NCBI GenBank assembly: GCA_021158045.1
Contig: JAGGVK010000018.1
Location: 1 to 49,592, forward strand
Reading direction: 5' to 3'
DNA length: 49,592 nucleotides
Origin: a bacterium
GTDB lineage: Bacteria; Patescibacteriota; Minisyncoccia; Minisyncoccales; CG1-02-41-26
Shown: piece after piece, positions 19,001 to 24,830 of the stretch
Position numbering within the stretch: the stretch's first letter is position 1
How the letters are laid out: every line of letters starts with the position of its first letter
Translations under genes and position numbers: made by a program
Notes under the pieces: generated by a model
What the model was told of the DNA's origin: nothing
The model's input: the letters and a program-made list of their open reading frames with translations, nothing else
Databases searched by the model: none

Positions 19001-19314
19001 GCCATTCCATTTACAACCCGAACACCTTTTCCAGTTGTTACCCGCAGAACTGCTGCCAGAGCATGGGCCTTAAAGAACTCCACAGCAGATTTTACATTTT
19101 CCGCTTTCAGAGTTTTCCTTCCCTTTCTTTCTCCACCCACGATAAAGAAATACATTGGGTGGATGATTTGACAGTCCGATTCCAGTTCACCAATATCCTC
19201 CACCTCATTCTCCAGCCTGAAACCGTAACCGGTCAGGCCTTTGAAAAAGGTGGCTGCTGGCAATGACCTATAAAGGTCAATTGCCTCTTTCAATCCCTTA
19301 CGCACTTTTTCCAT
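16093..19314 (-). CDS. 1073-aa protein of unknown family with two zinc-ribbon clusters and coiled-coil segments
   Basis: AGGAGG SD 6 nt upstream of the ATG. Cys clusters are CKC..CNLC..CEGC..CYKC (aa 533-582) and HCPLC..C..H..CSC (aa 817-874). Acidic C-terminal tail. Confidence 0.85.
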   Translation of the reverse strand: MEKVRKGLKEAIDLYRSLPAATFFKGLTGYGFRLENEVEDIGELESDCQIIHPMYFFIVGGERKGRKTLKAENVKSAVEFFKAHALAAVLRVTTGKGVRVVNGMAEIKDILEATTDVIFELTHYGGRSLCPTLKVKLGKVIDPTVKWQSGFEYRTHKGQELELTRHLAETEFTSEENWKQAWADVEKEVRRLTLLHCEDQLKSGHINGGDRIRAFLAQELTSVLPEAEIDRQYGYDYEIRHGVVIVRKSLRPFEYQDEATFQTAMDAFSKECMRVYTLHCQSVDKEGRFGQPSSEEAELMEIDEVSFECDERRSTEKEERLIAWHERKPVFPQDGWKPEKGKTYRVFLAKRGRGLRAIPAGPKYREQITETEDTDTVEISTVRIEYDGTEKSLGSREVKLETREVPEERQEYKVVLSEAGVKVQIIKKKFLCEEKQKVKYNKDGLEWSRTGKEKLVSKEIVAEENPLEWNCYRYDGSEFYNHRLDPVWDPGWVIRISALLKSGWNEKWVETETTLEKLPKVVRTQIEEWFPLCKCGRQRYESKGKDKRCNLCRQEEKCEGCGKAGTYPTVSPISGRKLCYKCLSQEKREKAISLLTPEELKQIRNEAKELLSGKWQSRNSWRMGKDILPEIASLPEEARWKIEDRPDWEWFYVTKDGFLYGSKLAPQKLEKISQMKTQKEVATGIGLILYPFSADEYQLLEEEKIRELKVQVGEETVLVELIRQPERLKMEAEKKLSNLQKFLEEVEDNTFLKYKEKENIQNFIRKSEAALRKENFKKALELVNEGSEKTKGLQKLLEKRAECTRKVEQAIAKHYSHCPLCGKEMDDGECRASHELERIEFPEYDEEGYPIEAAVLSQIVTDTGKVVAELRCSCGSRRREVGEIYLLTDYDLDDSRWTEGEIFDSLEFKDFKRILNPEAVKLKRTERELEQAQREYEEDIKIAQQQGYIRLRFSKGKHPKTGEDQWEAITKDGKLTVKYIVDRWGSQPVEGKMYYCSLGRELISGSRFKLVIVHLEPPFPEEAERIRGLEQKLEEAKKKADSSDPVTEPSEKEGEVTEEILQALKNKLEGGDD

Positions 19315-19577
19315 CTTTTCCCTCCTTTCCCGAAATTCGGGATTGCTCGTCTGTGCCAGACGGACAAAAGGTGATTTTTTATTTTTTAAAGTGCCTTCTG
19401 AACCTGAAGTTCAGGTTTTAGGCTATGTTTTTTACAGACCAAAATCTGAATTCCAGGAAAATTTGGTTAGAGGGAGAAGAAAGTGCAAGCTCTTCTCCCT
19501 CTTTTATTTTTATTTTACGAGTGCGGCCCTTTTGTTTTTTACGGCCAGCCAAGGGCAATGCTGGCTAACCGGTTCGG
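19315..19577. repeat. Island intergenic cassette, copy B
   Basis: CTGAAC-ctgaa-GTTCAG (19398-19414), the block GACCAAAATCTGAATTCCA, a 12-bp perfect hairpin AGAGGGAGAAGA/TCTTCTCCCTCT (19469-19502) plus a T-rich tail, and the hairpin CCAGC..GCTGG. Confidence 0.75.
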
Positions 19578-21182
19578 TCAGACTTTACCAAAGACCTCAC
19601 CGGCTTCCTCCGAGTTCAGCTCCGAGACCAGAACAATCTCATCGCTGAACTCTTTTGCTGCCGCACGACTCGAGCTACCAACGTCAACAAGAACTGTCAC
19701 TACTTGAACTTCTTCTTTCCTCTTGAATTCCTGAAACTGCTCTCGAAACGAATCCGACACCGCGCATTCCCCATCGGTCACAAAACAGATATCAGCCCGC
19801 GGTAACTTTCCGGACTCCACAATTTCTTGTGCTTTCCCGAGTGGTTTTTCAAAATCCGTACCGCCACCCAGAAAGAATTCTGCCATCTGAATCAGTTTCT
19901 TGTAATTCGCTTCTCCTGTGCGAATCCAAAACTCCTTTATCGGGTCATCTCTGCTTCCGAACATCAGGTAGACGAAGTCGCGTCGTTTTGACTTGGAAAC
20001 TTGCCACAATCCAAGTGCCACCGCTTTCGCCCAAATCTCTTTCGCGCCTTCCATTGAGCCAGAATTATCAATTCCTACGATAATCGGTCCCTCACCCAGT
20101 TTCTCCTTCCGCTCCACTTCGTATTGCAACAACTGCTGATTAGCGAATTTCCGCAAGAATTCCATTTTCAGTACAGGATGAGCTAAGAATTGCATTTCTG
20201 AAGGAATAACCTTATCCAAGTCATTTCCCCGACGAACATTGACTACCATTCCAGCTGGAGCTTGGATTTTCTCTTTCTGTCGCGCAATTGCGAGCCGTCT
20301 GAACTTCCCTAAGAGTTTGGAAATCTGTTTTAGTTTTGAAGACGATTCCAGTTTCTTTTTCAATTCCAGTTTCTGTTCATAATCCAGTTTCTGTATTTCA
20401 CCCGGTTCTACTCCCCAGGATTCCAACATTTCACTCGTTTCCTTCGCATTCTCCGCTGCTTCTTTTGCTGCTTTCCGCATTCCTCTCCGGAACTGTTCCG
20501 AATTCTGCTGTAAGTCCTGTTCCAGTCCATCTGCCATCTGTTCCAACTGCTGTTTTGCCTCATCAAGCGTCATTTGGGCTTGAGAGGTCTGTTGTCCGAG
20601 AGAATTCGCCTGCTGTTGCATCTGTTGTGCCTGTTGCTGCAGCTGTTGAGCTTGAGTTCCAGTTGCAGTCTGCGCCTGTTGTTGTAAGTCATCTGCCTGT
20701 CCCTGCGCTGCTTCTGCTTGCTGTTGCAAATCCTGTGTCTGCTGCTGCAACTGCTGGCTCTTCTGCTCTTGTTGCTGTAGCTGCTGAATTTTCTGTTTTG
20801 TCTCTTCTGGAATCAGTTCCAACGCTACTGGTCCGAGGGTAAGAGTTGCCATCGCAGAACCAAATTCGTCCAGTTCAGTATACTGCCGTAACTCTGGATA
20901 CTGCTTCGTGGCCAATAACTTTTCCATCAGCATCCGATTAACCCGTCGCGAAGGAACCACTGCCCCTGCTTTCCGCAGTTGGGGATCCGCTTTGTAGAGC
21001 GCTGAGTAGATATCTTGTATCAAATCCGAAAATACCGGTAGAGTTTGAATTCCATTTCGTTCCATTTCCACCAACTTTTCCGACTTCTGTTTCAACTGGG
21101 AAAATGCTGCCCGATCATATCTGTCACAGCGGATTGCCCAAGGGAATTGCTGGATTTCTTCCTCTCTTCTTTTCATTTTCAT
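19578..21182 (-). CDS. ViaA-like von Willebrand factor A (vWA) protein with a Gln-rich central insert
   Basis: C-terminal vWA with an intact MIDAS (IVGIDNSGSM ... GGGTDF ... FVTDGE). The linker QQLLQYEV preceding the vWA resembles ViaA KQLLTYRL. The GGAGG SD overlaps the end of the upstream AAA+ gene. Confidence 0.85.
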   Translation of the reverse strand: MKMKRREEEIQQFPWAIRCDRYDRAAFSQLKQKSEKLVEMERNGIQTLPVFSDLIQDIYSALYKADPQLRKAGAVVPSRRVNRMLMEKLLATKQYPELRQYTELDEFGSAMATLTLGPVALELIPEETKQKIQQLQQQEQKSQQLQQQTQDLQQQAEAAQGQADDLQQQAQTATGTQAQQLQQQAQQMQQQANSLGQQTSQAQMTLDEAKQQLEQMADGLEQDLQQNSEQFRRGMRKAAKEAAENAKETSEMLESWGVEPGEIQKLDYEQKLELKKKLESSSKLKQISKLLGKFRRLAIARQKEKIQAPAGMVVNVRRGNDLDKVIPSEMQFLAHPVLKMEFLRKFANQQLLQYEVERKEKLGEGPIIVGIDNSGSMEGAKEIWAKAVALGLWQVSKSKRRDFVYLMFGSRDDPIKEFWIRTGEANYKKLIQMAEFFLGGGTDFEKPLGKAQEIVESGKLPRADICFVTDGECAVSDSFREQFQEFKRKEEVQVVTVLVDVGSSSRAAAKEFSDEIVLVSELNSEEAGEVFGKV

Positions 21183-21194
21183 CTTCCGCCTCCT

Positions 21195-22364
21195 TTAGAG
21201 TTCAATCCCAAGGCATTCTTTAACCACATCCCGGAGGTACCGTTCCACCGCATCCTTCACATCCTCAATTTTCCCAGTAGGTGCACCAGCCCGCTTCGCC
21301 TCATCCAGAAGATTTACCACATTCGTTCGGATGTTTTTGAGTTTTGCATTTGCCTCAGTTCCTAATTTGGATTTTCTGCTCTCATCCTGTTCACCGAGTG
21401 CCTCATCACGGATTTCCGTTGCTGTATCCAGAAGTTCTTGAGCCCGAAGTGCTAAAGGATTTGCCACCTCCAATACGACATCCCTGACTTTCCGAATATC
21501 CTTTTGCTCATCCCACAAGCAGTGCTGAAGCATCAGCAGGTCTTCCTCTTCCACTTTCTGCCTGTCTTCCAGTAACGCGTGCGCTTGCAATACTAGGTTC
21601 AGTCGGACATCCCTACGGCCATAGACAACAATCCCTTGGTCATAGAGTTTTTCAATAATTTCCTCTACTTTTTCGTCTATGGTTTCCGGGACTTCAACTT
21701 CCACCACCTGCTGTTGCAACTGTTGGAGTTCTGTAAGAGAAATTTTGGGAGCATCGAACTTTCCTTTCGGATCGCCTTTCCTCCGCAGATACGATAACTG
21801 CCTCATCCGAATCCTTTCGGACTTTTCCTTTATCCGTCCTACTACGAATCGGAACATAAACCGGTCGTAGAACGCCTCCAAATCTTCTTCTGGAGCATTG
21901 TTCGTTGCCCCGAAAAGAGAAATTAGAGGGCAGTCCAGTTGGCGTCCTTTTAGTGTCCATTTCCGTTCGTTAATCAACAGCAATAAAGCGTTCAAGGTAG
22001 CCGGATTGCAACGGAAGATTTCCTCCAATACGGCAATGTGTGCCTGCTGGAGCATTCCTTCGCCGCGTGGAGTAATCTCAATCCTTTTTCTGCCGTCACC
22101 GAGATCCTGTTCAACATAGTCCCTATCCGAAACGAACAAGTCATCTGGAACAGTGTCCTGTGCGAGTAGGTGTTTGAAGTAGGTCACTCCATCCAAGGTC
22201 CGGCACAGCAGCTCTATCAACATACTTTTCGCTTCCCCCGGAGGGCCAAATAATATGCCGTGCTGCTTTGACAGCAAAGCACATATTAGCCCCCGGATGA
22301 CTTCCTTTCTTCCTACCAAGAGACGGTTCAGTTCCGTCTCTATTCTCTTCATTTTTTCAATCAT
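21195..22364 (-). CDS. RavA/MoxR-family AAA+ ATPase
   Basis: Walker A GPPGEAKS, Walker B IAVLEEIF, sensor GATN, DRFMFR. The LLMLQHCLWDEQKD segment parallels RavA LILLKDCLWYDAQS. I prefer the ATG at 22364 (AAGGAGG 5 nt upstream) over the track start at 22391. Confidence 0.9.
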   Translation of the reverse strand: MIEKMKRIETELNRLLVGRKEVIRGLICALLSKQHGILFGPPGEAKSMLIELLCRTLDGVTYFKHLLAQDTVPDDLFVSDRDYVEQDLGDGRKRIEITPRGEGMLQQAHIAVLEEIFRCNPATLNALLLLINERKWTLKGRQLDCPLISLFGATNNAPEEDLEAFYDRFMFRFVVGRIKEKSERIRMRQLSYLRRKGDPKGKFDAPKISLTELQQLQQQVVEVEVPETIDEKVEEIIEKLYDQGIVVYGRRDVRLNLVLQAHALLEDRQKVEEEDLLMLQHCLWDEQKDIRKVRDVVLEVANPLALRAQELLDTATEIRDEALGEQDESRKSKLGTEANAKLKNIRTNVVNLLDEAKRAGAPTGKIEDVKDAVERYLRDVVKECLGIEL

Positions 22365-22500
22365 TCTTTCCTCCTTTCCGGCATCTTTCATCTTTGCCGG
22401 TTCTCATTTTTTTAAGGTTCCTCTCTGATAACCCAGAGAGAATACTGAGGGCAAAATTTTCGTCCCCAATATTCTCCCAAGGTTTCTTATAAAAAAGAGA

Positions 22501-22537
22501 AGAGAGTAGGAGTAGAGTTGCATTGCCCCTACCCTCT
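22501..22537 (-). terminator. Bidirectional hairpin terminator after csx3
   Basis: AGAGAGTAGG / CCTACCCTCT stem with one mismatch. A6 lies upstream and T6 downstream on the + strand, which gives a U6 tail on the minus strand too. Confidence 0.55.
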
Positions 22538-22547
22538 TTTTTCGGTA

Positions 22548-22865
22548 CTAATCGATTAAGTCACCGGGGCGGTACTTATCGCCGTGAGAAACGGCGACAA
22601 CATACCTTCCCAGTTTGGGGTCAAACACCGCCACCACCTCGTAGAGGTGGACCACCGCGTGCCCAATCGCGATGGCAACTGGGAGACTCGCCGGCCCGTT
22701 TATCTTAATCAGGGAGCCGCCGGCAAGCTCACCTGATTTGACCATCTCGTCCAGACGCGCAACCGCGTCACGGACGATTTGGTCATTTTGAGCCGGGTCG
22801 CCAAACCCGACCCTCAACACATCGCCCTCTTCGAGGGTAATGTGATAAGTTTTTTCTTTAGCCAT
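22548..22865 (-). CDS. csx3: Csx3-family protein (CRISPR-associated cA4 ring nuclease, Crn3 type), orphan
   Basis: LIKINGPASLPVAIAIGHAVVHLYEVVAVFDPKLGRYVVAVSHGDKYRPGDLID matches my recollection of the A. fulgidus Csx3 core (VVISGRGPIWLHCFLAHKYHHTPFVAVYDPRLGAVVVQSHSELREGDVID). AAGGAGGG SD before the ATG at 22865. Confidence 0.7.
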   Translation of the reverse strand: MAKEKTYHITLEEGDVLRVGFGDPAQNDQIVRDAVARLDEMVKSGELAGGSLIKINGPASLPVAIAIGHAVVHLYEVVAVFDPKLGRYVVAVSHGDKYRPGDLID

Positions 22866-22992
22866 TTTTACCCTCCTTATGTTCACCCAGAATAAAATGG
22901 CAAATTCTGGACTAAGGGATTGTTAGTTTAAGCCTCTTTTTCAGCCCCCTATGGTTTATTTTTACATCGTCTCCAATCGACGATGGGCAAAA

Positions 22993-23586
22993 TTACTTTT
23001 CCTCGGCGGTTGCCATCCGCACGAGGAATTGGGCAAGTGCGACCACACAGGGTCGCTGGCTCACATCCTCACCTCTTTCAAGGTAATGGATGGAGCCTCT
23101 AAAGATACCGTCCTTGCCCACACCATGAACGGTATCTTCCTGGCCATGATAATCGCTGAAAATTTCAGCGATTATCTTTAACCCGAGTTCTGAACAAAAC
23201 GCTCTCCACTCGGGTACCTTATCCATGTCACCAGCCAGGATGATGGCATGGGTGGCGGTTTTGCAAATTTTTTTATTTTCCACTGATGGAATACCGCCAA
23301 TATCCACCAGAGTGAGCGGGAGTTGACAGTTGACGACTGAGTCTGCCACCCGCTTGACAAACTCAGGAGAAAACCCACTTAAGGAGGCCTTATATTCCTC
23401 CTTTAAGCGGCGGGCTTCCTCGGGCGACCGGTTTGCAGTCTCTTGAAACCAGGCGCCCTCGCCGTCCGGGCACGCCGTAATTACGTAGGGATACGGCGCC
23501 CCCGGAATTCTTTTGATTGCCTGCTTCAATCCCTCTCGCAGGCAACTCTTCCCGCTACGTGGCGGGCCACAGAGCACAATTTTCAT
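22993..23586 (-). CDS. 197-aa P-loop NTPase, operonic with csx3
   Basis: Walker A GPPRSGKS at the N-terminus. Walker B/DxxG LTLVDIGG. GGAGGTG SD 8 nt upstream. Confidence 0.75.
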   Translation of the reverse strand: MKIVLCGPPRSGKSCLREGLKQAIKRIPGAPYPYVITACPDGEGAWFQETANRSPEEARRLKEEYKASLSGFSPEFVKRVADSVVNCQLPLTLVDIGGIPSVENKKICKTATHAIILAGDMDKVPEWRAFCSELGLKIIAEIFSDYHGQEDTVHGVGKDGIFRGSIHYLERGEDVSQRPCVVALAQFLVRMATAEEK

Positions 23587-24136
23587 TGTGCTCTCACCTC
23601 CTTTGCCCGCCTGCGCGGGCTTTTTTTATTCTCCTTTTTTTTAGCAAGGAGTGCACCGTGCACTTTCAACCAATCGCTTACTTTTGGACAGCAAGTGTTG
23701 GCTGGCGCGTCCGCCAATGAAAGTGCACGGGCGCACTCATTACTAAGGTTGAGAGAGGTGGAGGCAACCGAAACTGACCTTCCATCTCCTCGATGTGATA
23801 GGTTAACCTCAGTTGTATCTCACTTTTTACCCCTGATTGTCACAAAACCTGTATTTTAAAGAGCTAATTCTCTCCTCTTGGGAGAAGGATAGAGAAGAAC
23901 ATTTTTATCTGTTTGATGTAGATGATTGTTTGGCTGGCTAACAAACAGTCAGGATAGCCTAATTCGAGCCTTATTCTCCCTCCTCTATCCTTCTCCCCTG
24001 AACCAATCTTTGCTCTAGTTCAGCAGGAGGAAGAGGTTATTTATATTGTTAAAAGGGCTAAATAATAGGCGACTCTCAGAGAGAGTCGCCTATTGCAGCA
24101 TTTCTACAATTTCGCTCTCTCCTCGAAACTTGATAA
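23587..24136 (-). promoter_or_regulatory. ~550-nt structured leader or ncRNA region between the tandem promoters and the P-loop gene
   Basis: No credible ORF. It holds a 13-bp hairpin (24064-24094), a CTGAAC..GTTCAG hairpin (23998-24023) and a 15-bp long-range stem (23880-23894 / 23983-23997). It also holds two AGTGCAC-type palindromes (23650-23664, 23722-23737) and the GC hairpin GCCCGC-ctgc-GCGGGC (23605-23620). Confidence 0.5.
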
Positions 24137-24142
24137 TATTTA

Positions 24143-24302
24143 ATTGTAGTATATTTTCGGGATTTTGTCAAGGTATTCTCTATATGTCTGTCCTTTTTCT
24201 AAGTACCTCTATTATAATACATTCAAATTTCCTTGTCAATAGTTTATTTTTATTTCTCTTCTAAAGCACTCTGATTATAGCATATTTAATTTTGTTTGTC
24301 AA
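24143..24302 (-). promoter_or_regulatory. Three tandem near-consensus sigma70 promoters reading leftward
   Basis: On the minus strand: TTGACA(24302-24297)-17nt-TATAAT(24279-24274), TTGACA(24239-24234)-17nt-TATAAT(24216-24211) and TTGACA(24171-24166)-17nt-TACAAT(24148-24143). Confidence 0.55.
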
Positions 24303-24540
24303 TAGTTCCTGCCTATTACTTTTTCATTTTTCTTACCTGTCTATTTTCCCAATCTTTCTCTCAAGAGACTCTTTAAAAGAATTTGATAGATTCTTAGAAG
24401 TAATAGAATAGAGAGCAAGTAATTCTTCTTACTCAAAACTAAAATAAACGGCTGATGACAGTTAGTTGTTGCTCAGTCTTGATTAGGCTTATTTGGCAAT
24501 TTTGGACTGTCCTTAGGAGGGAAAGTTGATTGTATATATA

Positions 24541-24570
24541 AAAAACCGCTTGTTGAGCGCAAACAAGCGG
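24541..24570 (-). terminator. Intrinsic terminator of the small membrane-protein gene
   Basis: On the minus strand, CCGCTTGTT-tgcgctc-AACAAGCGG followed by TTTTT, 15 nt after the stop. Confidence 0.75.
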
Positions 24571-24584
24571 TAATGAATTTTCTG

Positions 24585-24776
24585 CTACTTTTCTGCTGCT
24601 TCTATAGAAGCAGCAGAAAAAATTACAAATAAAATTACTATAGCAGCCCCCATACCGAGAACTGTCTTCCAGGCCATCGGCATTGTGCTGTTTCTTAACA
24701 GCACAAGGCCACAACCTGTACTGTATCCTATCCCCAAGATTACTACCCTGAGGATAATTCTTTTTAAAAAGCTCAT
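24585..24776 (-). CDS. 63-aa two-TM small membrane protein
   Basis: ATG at 24776 is preceded by AAGGAGGTGGG. Sequence MSFLKRIILRVVILGIGYSTGCGLVLL...TVLGMGAAIVILFVIFSAASI. It has its own promoter and terminator. The track start at 24785 is a GTG inside the SD. Confidence 0.55.
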   Translation of the reverse strand: MSFLKRIILRVVILGIGYSTGCGLVLLRNSTMPMAWKTVLGMGAAIVILFVIFSAASIEAAEK

Positions 24777-24800
24777 TTTTCCCACCTCCTTTCGTTCTTC

Positions 24801-24830
24801 ATTATAGCATGTTTATAATATTCTTGTCAA
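24801..24830 (-). promoter_or_regulatory. Consensus sigma70 promoter for the small membrane-protein gene
   Basis: On the minus strand, TTGACA(24830-24825)-18nt-TATAAT(24806-24801). The sequence is paralogous to the three tandem promoters. Confidence 0.6.

Noticed and set aside
19120-19176. Possible PD-(D/E)xK nuclease signature (SD-x15-ERK) near the N-terminus of the 1073-aa protein.
   Set aside because: The ExK is preceded by GG rather than a hydrophobic strand. A single loose pattern is not evidence, so I left the protein unassigned.
16064-19266. Many 60-171-aa + strand ORFs inside the 1073-aa gene.
   Set aside because: All are antisense to one uninterrupted 3.2-kb ORF with a strong SD. 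Their composition is low-complexity (Ser/Phe/Leu).
20336-20842. 168-aa + strand ORF inside the vWA gene.
   Set aside because: It is antisense to the CAG/CAA-rich tract. Its low-complexity Pro/Val/Leu/Ser sequence is the mirror of the Gln repeat. There is no SD.
23443-23859. 138-aa and 67-aa + strand ORFs across the leader.
   Set aside because: They overlap the 5' end of the P-loop gene in antisense and run through the GC-rich hairpin region. They have Arg/Ser/Leu-rich composition typical of out-of-frame GC-rich DNA, with no SD.
24439-24714. 91-aa minus-strand ORF overlapping the small membrane-protein gene.
   Set aside because: It runs through the terminator hairpin, has no SD, and is in a different frame from the SD-preceded two-TM ORF.
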